Shown: positions 23,451 to 33,060 of the stretch, piece after piece
Layout of the letters: the number at the start of each line of letters is the position of its first letter
Numbering within the stretch: position 1 is the first letter of the stretch
NCBI GenBank assembly: GCA_038249195.1
Contig: JBBRWM010000005.1
Span: forward strand, 190,220 to 254,219
Source of the DNA: Actinomycetota bacterium
GTDB lineage: Bacteria; Actinomycetota; UBA4738; HRBIN12
Direction of reading: 5' to 3'
DNA: 64,000 nt
Program-made: the position numbers and the translations under genes
The notes under the pieces: generated by a model
Seen by the model: the letters and a program-made list of their open reading frames with translations, nothing else
What the model was told of the DNA's origin: nothing
Database searches by the model: none

Positions 23451-25426
23451 CCGAAACGGTCACGGTCAGCACGGGCGCCGTGAGCGTCTTCCTCAAGTAC
23501 GCCTGGGTGATCCCCCTCCTGCCGTTCGTCTCCGCGGTCATCACCCTGTTCTTCGGCAAGCGCACACCGGGCCGCGGCTCGGTCTACGGCATCGTGTTCG
23601 TGGGCGCCGCATGCGCGATGTCGTTCGGCGTCCTCTGGCACTTCATCCAGGGCGGGGGACCGTACGAGTCGGCGATGTCGTGGTTCCAGGTCGGACCGCT
23701 GCATCTGGAGTTGGGCATCCTGGTCGACGGGCTCACGGCGATCATGCTGGTGGTCGTCTGCTTCATCTCGCTCATGGTGCACATCTACTCGCTCGGCTAC
23801 ATGCACGGCGACAAACGGTTCACGTGGTTCTACTTCGTGCTGTCCATGTTCACCGCCGCGATGCTCACGGTGGTGATCTCCAACAACCTGATCCAGCTGC
23901 TGATCGGATGGGAGGTCATGGGCATCTGCTCGTACCTCTTGATCGGCCACTGGTGGGAGGAGAAGGAGAACTCGAACGCGTCCATCAAGGCGTTCATCAC
24001 CACGCGCATCGGCGACGTGCCGTTCATGTTCGGGATCTTCGCGCTGATCGCGGCCACCGGATTCACGACCACGTCGATCCGCGGGGTCACCGAGGCCATC
24101 GGGATGCCCGGCGTCTCGGCGCTCTACGTATCGATGGCCGCGATCCTCCTGTTCGGCGGGACCGTGGGCAAGTCCGCGCAGTTCCCCCTGCACGTCTGGC
24201 TTCCCGACGCGATGGCGGGGCCCACGCCGGTGTCGGCCCTCATCCACGCGGCGACGATGGTGGCGGCCGGCGTGTACCTCGTCGGGCGGCTCTTCGAGAT
24301 CTTCCTGGACGCGAGCCCGTGGGTGCTCACCGTCGTGAGCGTCGTAGCCGTGATCACGATGGTGGGCGCCGCCCTGCTCGCGATCGTGCAAAACGACATC
24401 AAGCGCGTGCTGGCGTACTCCACGCTGTCCCAGCTCGCCTACATGGTGGGCGGGCTCTCGCTCGGCGCCGCGGGCCTCACGGCCGGGTTCTTCCACCTGT
24501 TCACGCACGCGTTCTTCAAGGGGTTGCTGTTCCTGTGCGCCGGGTCCCTGATCCACGCCGTGCACTCCAACAACATGAGCGACATGGGCGGCCTGCGCAA
24601 GAAGATGCCCATCACGTTCTGGACCATGCTGATCGGCTCGCTCGCCCTGGCCGGCATCTTACCGTTCGCGGGGTTCTGGTCCAAAGACGAGTTGCTGGTG
24701 GTGGCGCAGGAGACGCACCACTACTGGTTGTTCGCGGCGTTCCTGTTCACCGCGCTGCTCACCGCGTTCTACACCGCGCGCATGATGCTGCTCACGTTCT
24801 ACGGCGATTACCGCGGCCACGCCAGCCCCCACGAGTCGCCGCCCTCCATGTCCGGACCGCTCGTGATCCTCGCGGGCGTGACGACGTTCGTGGGGCTCCT
24901 GGGCGCGCCGCAGCTGGGCGCCGTGTTCGGGAAATGGGTGTTCTACGACGTCATCGAGGCGGCGAAGTTCGTCCCGTGGATCGGGCTGCTGGGCACCGTG
25001 CTGGCGGTGGCGGGCATCCTCGGGGGGTACGCCTTGTACAAGACCTACCGCGAGCCGGACCCCATGGAGGCCACGCTCGGCCCGCTCTGGGGCGTGTTCC
25101 AGGAGCGCTACTACATCGACGCCTTCTACATGCGCGCCATCGTGCTCCCAACCCGCGACAAGCTCTCGGCCGGCGTGTACTGGTTCAACCAGAACGTCCT
25201 GGACGGCATCGTGAACGGTATGGCCGCGCTCGCCCGCGGGGTGGCGAGGCTGGTGATCTGGTTCGACCGCAACGTGATCGACGGCGTCGTGAACGGGCTC
25301 GGCGACCTGACCGGCCAGGCCGCCGGCGCCTTGAAGTTCATCCAATCCGGCAACGTTCAGTGGTACGCGGCGGGCCTATTCGTGGGCGTCGTCGCGCTTG
25401 CAGTCGTCTTCATCAAGATCGCGTGA
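23444..25426 (+). CDS. nuoL2: Complex I subunit L, second copy (start may be GTG 23480)
   Basis: [39 protein letters not shown]. Confidence 0.94.
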   Translation: MVAETVTVSTGAVSVFLKYAWVIPLLPFVSAVITLFFGKRTPGRGSVYGIVFVGAACAMSFGVLWHFIQGGGPYESAMSWFQVGPLHLELGILVDGLTAIMLVVVCFISLMVHIYSLGYMHGDKRFTWFYFVLSMFTAAMLTVVISNNLIQLLIGWEVMGICSYLLIGHWWEEKENSNASIKAFITTRIGDVPFMFGIFALIAATGFTTTSIRGVTEAIGMPGVSALYVSMAAILLFGGTVGKSAQFPLHVWLPDAMAGPTPVSALIHAATMVAAGVYLVGRLFEIFLDASPWVLTVVSVVAVITMVGAALLAIVQNDIKRVLAYSTLSQLAYMVGGLSLGAAGLTAGFFHLFTHAFFKGLLFLCAGSLIHAVHSNNMSDMGGLRKKMPITFWTMLIGSLALAGILPFAGFWSKDELLVVAQETHHYWLFAAFLFTALLTAFYTARMMLLTFYGDYRGHASPHESPPSMSGPLVILAGVTTFVGLLGAPQLGAVFGKWVFYDVIEAAKFVPWIGLLGTVLAVAGILGGYALYKTYREPDPMEATLGPLWGVFQERYYIDAFYMRAIVLPTRDKLSAGVYWFNQNVLDGIVNGMAALARGVARLVIWFDRNVIDGVVNGLGDLTGQAAGALKFIQSGNVQWYAAGLFVGVVALAVVFIKIA

Positions 25427-25442
25427 GAGGGAGAACGAACCC

Positions 25443-26978
25443 ATGACCTGGCAGAACTCGGCGATCACGATCACCACCTTCTTGCCCATCCTCGGCGCGG
25501 TTGTCATCCTGTTCATGCCGAAGGAGAAGGACAAGGCCGTCCGCGGGCTCGCGATCGTGTTCACGGGGGCAGCTCTTGTGTTCGCCGTCGCCATGGCGCT
25601 GGGGTTCGAGCACGGCAAGGACGGCCTGCAGTACGTCCTGGACGTGAAATGGATCCCCGTGATCGGCGCGCGCTACCACGTGGGCATCGACGGCATCTCG
25701 CTCCCGCTCTACGTCTTGACCTTCCTCCTTTCGTTCCTGTGCGCGATCTACTCGTGGAGGTACGTGCCCGAGGCCGGTCGCACCAAGGCGTTCCTCGCCC
25801 TCATGCTGCTGCTCGAGACCGGCATGGCCGGCACCTTCATCGCGTTCGACCTGATCCTGTTCTTCGTCTTCTGGGAGCTCGTGCTCGTGCCGATGTACTT
25901 CTTGATCGGGATCTGGGGTTCCACCAACCGCGAGTACGCCTCCATCAAGTTCTTCCTGTACACGTTGTTCGGGTCCGTCTTCATGCTGCTGGGGTTCCTG
26001 GCGATGTACTTCAGCGGCCCCACGGTCGACGGCGTGCACACGTTCGACATGCAGGTGCTCACGGCCTTCGGGGCGGCGGGTGGGTTCAGCCACACGTTCC
26101 AACTCGTCGTGTTCGGCGCGGTGGCCCTGGGCTTCGCGGTGAAGGTGCCGATGTGGCCGTTCCACACCTGGCTGCCAGACGCCCACACGGAGGCCCCCAC
26201 CATCGGATCGGTCCTGTTGGCGGGCGTCATGCTGAAGATGGGCACGTACGGGTTCATCCGGATCGCGCTGCCGATGCTGCCCGAGGGCGCTCGCACCTAC
26301 GCGCCGTGGATCGGCCTGCTGGCCGCGATCGGCATCATCTATGCCTCGCTCGCCTGCCTGGCGCAGAAGGACCTCAAGCGGCTGATCGCGTTCAGCTCGG
26401 TGGGGCATATGGGGTTCGTGATGCTGGGGATCGCGACGCTCACCACCATCGGGATCCAGGCCGCGGTCTTCGGCATGGTGGCCCACGGCATCATCACCGG
26501 CATGCTGTTCTTCTGCGTGGGTTCCATCTACGACCGCTACCACACGCGCGAGATCGCCGAGATCGGCGGAGGCCTGATGGCCGAGCTGCCGAAGATGGGC
26601 GGCATCTTCGCGTTCGTGGCGATCGCGTCCCTCGGCCTACCCGGGCTCGCCGGCTTCTGGGGCGAGGTCATGGCGCTCCTGTCCTCGTTCAGCCCCGCGC
26701 CGGGGCTCAACGTGGCGCTGTTCCGCGGCTTCATGATCGCGGGCGGCGTGGGCACGGTGCTCACGGCCGGCTACTTCTTGTGGATGATCCAGCGCGTGGA
26801 CATGGGTGCGATGCCCGAGCGCTGGCAGGCCAAGAGCTTCCGCGACATCATCGCGGTGGAGTGGGTCTCGTGGGTGCCCTTGCTCGCGTTCATCGTGATC
26901 CTGGGGCTGTTCCCGGCGATCATCTTCAACCTCACCCAGACCGGGGCGCAGGCGCTCTCGGCCCTCTTCGGCGGATGA
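25443..26978 (+). CDS. nuoM2: Complex I subunit M, second copy
   Basis: KVPMWPFHTWLPDAHTEAPT, GLPGLAGFWGE. Confidence 0.94.
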   Translation: MTWQNSAITITTFLPILGAVVILFMPKEKDKAVRGLAIVFTGAALVFAVAMALGFEHGKDGLQYVLDVKWIPVIGARYHVGIDGISLPLYVLTFLLSFLCAIYSWRYVPEAGRTKAFLALMLLLETGMAGTFIAFDLILFFVFWELVLVPMYFLIGIWGSTNREYASIKFFLYTLFGSVFMLLGFLAMYFSGPTVDGVHTFDMQVLTAFGAAGGFSHTFQLVVFGAVALGFAVKVPMWPFHTWLPDAHTEAPTIGSVLLAGVMLKMGTYGFIRIALPMLPEGARTYAPWIGLLAAIGIIYASLACLAQKDLKRLIAFSSVGHMGFVMLGIATLTTIGIQAAVFGMVAHGIITGMLFFCVGSIYDRYHTREIAEIGGGLMAELPKMGGIFAFVAIASLGLPGLAGFWGEVMALLSSFSPAPGLNVALFRGFMIAGGVGTVLTAGYFLWMIQRVDMGAMPERWQAKSFRDIIAVEWVSWVPLLAFIVILGLFPAIIFNLTQTGAQALSALFGG

Positions 26979-26988
26979 CCAGGCCCCC

Positions 26989-28452
26989 GTGAACATCGAC
27001 TACCACGCGCTCCTGCCGGAGTTCATCCTCTCGGGCACGATCCTGCTCGTGTTGATCGTCGACGTCTTCCTGTCGGCGCGGCGCAAGTGGCTGGCCATGC
27101 CGCTGGCGCTGGTGGGCGTGATCGCGACGCTCGTGGCCACGCTCACCCTGATCGGGAGCACCCCGCGGGTGGCGTTCGGCGGCGTCTTCGTGCTCGATAA
27201 CTTCGCGCTGCTGTTCCAGGTCTTCTTCCTGATCGTCGCGATCGTGGTGCTGGCCATCTCGCTGCGCTACTTCCGCGAGGGCGGCTTCTACCAGGGCGAG
27301 TACTACTTCTTGCTGTTGACCTCGTTCCTCGGGTGTCTGCTGATGCCGGCCTCGCGCGACCTGCTGATGCTCTTCATCTCCCTGGAGCTCGTGTCCGCGC
27401 CTGGCTTCTTGATGTCGGCGTTCCGCAAGAACGACCTGCGTTCCAACGAGGCGGGCCTCAAGTTCTTCCTGATCGGCGTGCTCTCCACCGCGGTCATGCT
27501 GTACGGCATGAGCGTGATCTACGGGCTCACGGGCACGACTCGTCTGGAGGGCATCGCGGCGAAGCTCGCGGGGATCTCCGGCGGCCAGGAGACGATGGCG
27601 CTCGCCGCGATCTTGTTCGTGGTGGTGGGCTTCGCGTTCAAGGTGAGCGCGGTGCCGTTCCAGTTCTGGGCGCCCGACACCTACGAGGGTTCGCCGGTGC
27701 CGGTGGCGGCCTTCCTGGCGGTCGCGTCCAGCGCCGCCGGCTTCGCGGGCCTCCTCCAGCTCATGTTCGTGGCGTTCATCCACCAGTACGAGTTCTGGGT
27801 GCCGATCTTCGCGCTGCTGTCCGTGGCCACGATGTTCGTGGGGAACCTCATCGCGTTGAAGCAGACGCAGGTGGTGCGCCTGCTGGCGTACTCCGGGATC
27901 GCGCAGGCGGGCTACATCCTGCTGCCGTTCGCGTTGGTGACCGCCGACCCCGCCAACAATCACACGGCGTTCTCCTCGGCCGTGACCTACATCTTGATCT
28001 ACGGAGTCATGACCATCGGTGCCTACGCCGTGGCGGTGGCCGTGAGTCGAACCTCGCCGCGGCTGCTCATCGCGGATTTCGCTGGGCTCGCCCGCCGCTC
28101 GGCCTTCCTGGCGGTGGCCATGACGTTGTTCTGGATCTCCCTTGCCGGCGTGCCGCCCACCGGCGGGTTCTGGGCCAAGATCCTCATCTTCCGCGCGGCC
28201 GTCGACCGGGGCGGATCGCTCGGCGTGTGGCTCGCCGTGCTGATGCTTGTGAACTCCGTGATCAGCGTCTTCTACTACTTCGCGGTCCCGCGCCAGATGA
28301 TCTTCAAGCCCGCCGCGGACGAGTCCCCCCTGCGGACGTCGTGGCTCGTCACGGCCGTGGTCGGGGTGGCGGCGCTCGCGATCCTCGCGATCTTCATCCT
28401 TCCGAACCCGTTCGCGCGGCTGGCCGATCTTTCGACGCTGATCCCTGGGTAG
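26989..28452 (+). CDS. nuoN2: Complex I subunit N, second copy
   Basis: EAGLKFFLIG, FKVSAVPFQFWAPDTYEGSP. Confidence 0.94.
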   Translation: MNIDYHALLPEFILSGTILLVLIVDVFLSARRKWLAMPLALVGVIATLVATLTLIGSTPRVAFGGVFVLDNFALLFQVFFLIVAIVVLAISLRYFREGGFYQGEYYFLLLTSFLGCLLMPASRDLLMLFISLELVSAPGFLMSAFRKNDLRSNEAGLKFFLIGVLSTAVMLYGMSVIYGLTGTTRLEGIAAKLAGISGGQETMALAAILFVVVGFAFKVSAVPFQFWAPDTYEGSPVPVAAFLAVASSAAGFAGLLQLMFVAFIHQYEFWVPIFALLSVATMFVGNLIALKQTQVVRLLAYSGIAQAGYILLPFALVTADPANNHTAFSSAVTYILIYGVMTIGAYAVAVAVSRTSPRLLIADFAGLARRSAFLAVAMTLFWISLAGVPPTGGFWAKILIFRAAVDRGGSLGVWLAVLMLVNSVISVFYYFAVPRQMIFKPAADESPLRTSWLVTAVVGVAALAILAIFILPNPFARLADLSTLIPG

Positions 28453-28692
28453 GTATCTCCGGTTGAGGGCTGACGCGTGACGTTGTCCGCGGCGGCCCGC
28501 TGCGGGGAACGCTTCCCTCGCATCGCGCGCCGCCTTCGGGCGCGCTCGCTCAGTCCAGATGTTCCCCTCTGCGGGCCGTCGCTCCCAGGGTTCGTGACGG
28601 TTCCCACCCGGGGCGGCGAACCTCGTGGGTCGACGTAGCGAATCTTCCTTGAGACGCTGGGTACAGCGGCGATGCATGCAGAGGAGCGCGAG

Positions 28693-29619
28693 ATGACGCC
28701 CGGGATCAATCGGATCAAGACCTGGACCTTGATCGCCGCGATGGGCGGCCTCTTCGTCCTGGTCGGCGGGGCGGTAGGGGCCTTCACGAAGCTGGGGACC
28801 AGCACCGGGGCGCTGATCTTCCTGGGGATCGGCTTGATCTTCAACGCCGCGATGTACTGGTACTCGGACAAGATCGCGATCGCCACCACTCGTTCGAAGC
28901 CTGTCACCGAGCAAGAGCAGCCGGCGCTCTACCGGATCGTGCGGGAGCTGGCAGCCGACGAGCGGATCCCGATGCCCAAGATCTTCGTCTCCACGATGGC
29001 GCAGCCCAACGCGTTCGCCACGGGGCGCAACCCGAGCAACGCCTCCGTCGCCGTCACGGCGGGCATCTTGCAGTTGCTGGACGAGCGCGAGCTCCGCGGG
29101 GTGCTCGCGCACGAGCTGTCCCACGTGGTCAACCGCGACATCCTGATCTCCTCGATCGCGGCGGCCATAGGCATGAGCATCACGTTCATCGCCCGCTTCG
29201 GGTTCTTCTTCGGCAGCGATCGAGAGGGCGGCGGCATGAGCATGCTCGTCGCGTGGATCCTCGCGCCGCTGGCGGCGATGATGATCCAGATGGCCGTCTC
29301 GCGCTCACGCGAATATCAGGCCGACGAGTCCGGCGCGTTCTTGTCGAAGGACCCCGATGCGCTCGCGAGCGCGCTCCGCAAGCTGGAGCAGACCTCCCGG
29401 CAGATCCCGGCGCTCGCGAGCGTCAGCCCGGCCGAGGCCCACCTGTTCATCGTGAACCCGATGGCCTCGCTGCGCGGGAAGGGGATGAGCGGGTTGTTCT
29501 CCACCCACCCGCCCACGGCCGAGCGGATCGCCCGGTTGGAGACCATCAAGTCCCGGATCGACGGTGGCGGCGTGCCGCCGGCGCGGCCCGACGCCGTGCA
29601 GCAGTTCCGCGAGCTGTAG
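28693..29619 (+). CDS. htpX: Zinc metalloprotease HtpX (M48)
   Basis: PNAFATGRNP, VLAHELSHV, SRSREYQAD, FSTHPP; GAGGAG RBS at 28681. Confidence 0.95.
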   Translation: MTPGINRIKTWTLIAAMGGLFVLVGGAVGAFTKLGTSTGALIFLGIGLIFNAAMYWYSDKIAIATTRSKPVTEQEQPALYRIVRELAADERIPMPKIFVSTMAQPNAFATGRNPSNASVAVTAGILQLLDERELRGVLAHELSHVVNRDILISSIAAAIGMSITFIARFGFFFGSDREGGGMSMLVAWILAPLAAMMIQMAVSRSREYQADESGAFLSKDPDALASALRKLEQTSRQIPALASVSPAEAHLFIVNPMASLRGKGMSGLFSTHPPTAERIARLETIKSRIDGGGVPPARPDAVQQFREL

Positions 29620-29670
29620 CCCGGCCGGTTCCTGACCCCGCCGAGAGTCACCGCAGGACCAGCCGTCCGA

Positions 29671-31038
29671 TCAGGTCATCGTGCCGAGGACGGCGAGCAC
29701 GTGATCGATCGTCGTGCGGGGGTTGACGAAGCACAGACGTGCGACGCGCTCGCCTCGATAGGTCGTGGGTTGGACGAAGGCGATCTGGGCTTCGAGCAGG
29801 CGCTTCCACCAGTGCTCGTAGTCGGCGTCGGACCAGTCCCTGCGGCGGAACAGGACGACGGACAGCTCGGGCTCCATGAGCAACTCGAGGTTCTCGCGGC
29901 GGCGGATCTCGTCCACGGTCTGGCTTGTGAGCGTGAGGACCTGCTCGACGGCGTCGCGGTAGGCGTCGGTTCCGTAGGTGGCGAGGGAGAACCAGAAGGG
30001 GAGGCCGCGAGGGCGCCGCGTGAGGTGGTAGGCGTAGTCCGCAGGGTTCCATTCGCTCCACTCCGCGCCCTCTTGGTTCACCGTGTCGAGGTAGCCGGCC
30101 TCCTGGCGGAACACCCCGCGGGCGCGCGCGGGGTTGCGGTAGATCAGGGCACAGCAGTCGTAGGGCGCGAAGAGCCACTTGTGCGGGTCGACGATGAAGG
30201 AGTCGGCGCGTTCGATGCCGTCGAAACGTGCCCGGATCGAGGGGGCCACGAGCCCGGCGCCGCCGTAGGCGCCGTCGACGTGCATCCACAGACCACGTTT
30301 AGCGCACACGTCGGCGACCCCAGCGAGGTCGTCCACGGTACCGGCGTTCGTGGCGCCGGCGCTCGCCACCACCGCGAACACGCCGGCGAGGTCCTCGGCG
30401 CTCCGCGCGTCGAGCGCGGCGCGCAGCGCGGGTCCGGTCAGCCGCCCGCGTTCGTCGCCCTCCACGTGGAACACGCCGACGTCCATGACGCGCGTGGCGG
30501 TGACGATCGAGGAGTGTGCGCTCTCGGCGAGGGCCACCTTCCAGCCGGATGCCGGTCGCTCCCGCGCCGATGCGGCGGCGTGACGGGCCGCCACCAGGGC
30601 GGAGAGGTTCCCCGCCGAGCCGCCGGAGACGAACACGCCGCCCGCTTCGGGCGGGAGCCCGGCGAGGTCGGCCACCCAGCGCAGGGCCTGGTTCTCGGCC
30701 CAGATCGCCCCCGCGCCGTCGAGCCAGCCCGCGGCGATGGTGGAAGACGCGCCGACCACGAGGTCGAAGAGCACGGAGGCCTTCGTCGGCGCGGCCGGGA
30801 CGAAGGCCATGGATGAGGGGTGATCGGTGGAGATGGTGGCCGGCGCCAGCACCTCGGACCAGATCCGCAGCGCCTCGTCGCCGCCCAGCCCCTCGGGCGT
30901 GATCGTGTCGCCGGCGCGGCGATCGAGCTCGTCCCCGTCGGCCGAGCCGTCCAGGGGCTGGGGGCTCGCGATCCGGTTGCGCGCGTACGCGACGATCGCC
31001 CGCGAGAGGTCGTCGGTCTCCTCGGTGTAGCGATGCAT
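29671..31038 (-). CDS. Group II PLP-dependent amino-acid decarboxylase
   Basis: GGVFVSGGSAGN, WMHVDGAYGG, DSFIVDPHKWLFAP; start MHRYTEE at 31038. Confidence 0.88.
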   Translation of the reverse strand: MHRYTEETDDLSRAIVAYARNRIASPQPLDGSADGDELDRRAGDTITPEGLGGDEALRIWSEVLAPATISTDHPSSMAFVPAAPTKASVLFDLVVGASSTIAAGWLDGAGAIWAENQALRWVADLAGLPPEAGGVFVSGGSAGNLSALVAARHAAASARERPASGWKVALAESAHSSIVTATRVMDVGVFHVEGDERGRLTGPALRAALDARSAEDLAGVFAVVASAGATNAGTVDDLAGVADVCAKRGLWMHVDGAYGGAGLVAPSIRARFDGIERADSFIVDPHKWLFAPYDCCALIYRNPARARGVFRQEAGYLDTVNQEGAEWSEWNPADYAYHLTRRPRGLPFWFSLATYGTDAYRDAVEQVLTLTSQTVDEIRRRENLELLMEPELSVVLFRRRDWSDADYEHWWKRLLEAQIAFVQPTTYRGERVARLCFVNPRTTIDHVLAVLGTMT

Positions 31039-31058
31039 GTGGCGCTCGGGCCGAACCC

Positions 31059-32471
31059 CTACGCGGTGAGCTCGGTGCAGAATGCGCCGAACGCTTCGAC
31101 GTAGGTCTGGATGTCGGCCTCGGTGTGCTGCACGGAGATGGTCCACTGCTCTTCGTCGCCGGGCGTCATGAAGATGCCGCGGTTCACCATCCAGGGGTAG
31201 GACGCCCAGTAGATCTCCGGGATGGTCTCCAGGAAGTCCTGGTAGTTCGTGAGCGGCTCCGCGCGGTAGGAGACGCAGCCCTTGGCGCCCAGATCCACCG
31301 TGTGCGCGGGGATGCCCGATCCGCTGATCGCCCGGTCGCATCCCTCGGCCAGCAGGGTGCCCAGCTTGCCCAGGTGGTCGTACGCGTCGCGGGTCAGCAC
31401 CTGCGTGAGGGCCGCCAGGCCGATGGCCGCGGATAAGGGATTGCCGTTGAACGTGCCCTGCTGCGCGGCGCCCTTGGTCACGAAGTCCATGACGGCCGCA
31501 TCGCCCCCGAAGGCGCCGATCGTGGAGCCCCCGCCGATGGCCTTGGCCCAGGCCGCCAGGTGCGGCATCACGCCGTAGCGCTCGGCGGCCCCGCCGTAGG
31601 CGATCGTGCCGCCGCACTTCACCTCGTCGAAGATCAAGATCGCGCCGTGTTTCTCGCACACGTCCTTGAGCGCCTGGAGGTAGCCGTCGGCTGGCACGAC
31701 GATGCCGATGTTCATCATCACCGGTTCCAGGATGACGGCCGCGATCTGCCCGGGGTTGTCCACGAACGCCTGCTCGACGGCCGCGGCGTCGTTGAACGGC
31801 GCGATGATGGTGGTGTCCCAGAGCGCCCGCGGGACGCCCTTGGACGTGGGCTCGGTGGTGTACCAGCTCTTGCCCTCGTGCTCGACGCTGTGCCGCAGGC
31901 CCAGGACGTCGGCCTCGGGGACCACGGAGAAGAGCACCGAGTCATGGTGGCCGTGGTAGGACCCCTCCATCTTGAGGATCTTGTCGCGTCCCGTGGCGGC
32001 GCGCGCCACGCGGATGGCGTCCATGGTCGCCTCGGTCCCCGAGTTCACGAAGCGCACCTGATCGCACCCGAACCGTTCGCAGACGGCCTCGGCCAGCGCC
32101 ACGGTCGTCTCGGTGGTCACGGCGAAGTGGATCGCGTCCTCGGCGGCGGCGTGGATCGCCTCGACGATCTTGGGGTGGGCGTGGCCCACCACGTTCACAC
32201 CGAAGCCACCGTGGAAGTCCGTGTACGTGGTGCCGTCGACGTCGGTGACGGTGGCGCCCTTGCCGTGCGCGAGGTAGACCGGGTACGGGTCGCCCACCTG
32301 GAAGTTCGACACCACGCCGCTCGGCAGCGACTTGAGCGCCCGCCGATAGAGCCTCTCCGAACCCTGGGTCCGGGTCAACCACACCTGCGTCTCTGACTCG
32401 GCGATCTCCGCCGCGCGGGCCTTCAGCCGTTCGAGGTCCAAAGGGGTTCCCTCCTCCTGAGGAACGCTCAA
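31059..32471 (-). CDS. Class III aminotransferase (glutamate-1-semialdehyde aminomutase-like)
   Basis: RFVNSGTEATM, GSYHGHHD, LIFDEVK, AKAIGGG, GTFNGNPLS. Confidence 0.88.
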   Translation of the reverse strand: MSVPQEEGTPLDLERLKARAAEIAESETQVWLTRTQGSERLYRRALKSLPSGVVSNFQVGDPYPVYLAHGKGATVTDVDGTTYTDFHGGFGVNVVGHAHPKIVEAIHAAAEDAIHFAVTTETTVALAEAVCERFGCDQVRFVNSGTEATMDAIRVARAATGRDKILKMEGSYHGHHDSVLFSVVPEADVLGLRHSVEHEGKSWYTTEPTSKGVPRALWDTTIIAPFNDAAAVEQAFVDNPGQIAAVILEPVMMNIGIVVPADGYLQALKDVCEKHGAILIFDEVKCGGTIAYGGAAERYGVMPHLAAWAKAIGGGSTIGAFGGDAAVMDFVTKGAAQQGTFNGNPLSAAIGLAALTQVLTRDAYDHLGKLGTLLAEGCDRAISGSGIPAHTVDLGAKGCVSYRAEPLTNYQDFLETIPEIYWASYPWMVNRGIFMTPGDEEQWTISVQHTEADIQTYVEAFGAFCTELTA

Positions 32472-32540
32472 TCTACTCGGCGCCCGTCGCCCCAGGCAAT
32501 CCGCTCGACGAACGGGTGGTCGGTTGCGGCGGGATGTCCG

Positions 32541-33038
32541 CTAGGGCCGGTAGTTCGTGAACTGGAGGGCGAGGCCGAAGTCGTGTTCCTTGACCGCTCG
32601 GATGGCGGCTTGCAGATCGTCCTTGGATTTGCCGAGCACGCGCACCTGCGCGCCCTGGATCTGCGTCTGCGCCTTGGGAACGGCCTGTCGCACGAACTTG
32701 GAGATCTCCTTGGTCTTCTCGTCGGGGATCCCCGTGATGATCTCGATGCTCTGGCGCGCCGTCCCCTTCGCGGCCTCCTCGAGAGGCCCGGGCTTCAGCG
32801 ACTTGAGTGGCACGCTGCGCTTGACGGCGCGCTCCTGCAGGACCTGCCAGGCGGCCTTGAGCCGGTCCTCCGTGGAGGAATGGAACTCGATCTTCTCGTC
32901 GGCGAGCGCCACCGTGGTCCCCGTGCCCTTGAAGTCGAAGCGCTGCGAGATCTCGCGCGATGCCTGATCGACCGCGTTGCGCACCTCCTGCAGGTCCACT
33001 TCGGAGACGATGTCGAAGGAGAACTGGTCCTTGGCCAT
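32541..33038 (-). CDS. yajQ: YajQ family cyclic-di-GMP-binding protein
   Basis: SFDIVSEVDLQEVRNAV..RFDFKGT, KSKDDLQ, LQFTNYR. Confidence 0.95.
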   Translation of the reverse strand: MAKDQFSFDIVSEVDLQEVRNAVDQASREISQRFDFKGTGTTVALADEKIEFHSSTEDRLKAAWQVLQERAVKRSVPLKSLKPGPLEEAAKGTARQSIEIITGIPDEKTKEISKFVRQAVPKAQTQIQGAQVRVLGKSKDDLQAAIRAVKEHDFGLALQFTNYRP

Positions 33039-33060
33039 GGCCCGCAGGATAGCGGACCTG

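Noticed and set aside
28486-28535. GC-rich hairpin after nuoN2 as a terminator or ncRNA
   Set aside because: Imperfect stem without a U-tract in very GC-rich DNA; not distinguishable from background.
4087-29124. Long antisense and alternate-frame ORFs over the nuo genes (e.g. 13466-15442, 26932-29124)
   Set aside because: Shadow ORFs expected from high-GC codon bias; they have no recognisable motifs and fully overlap clear genes.
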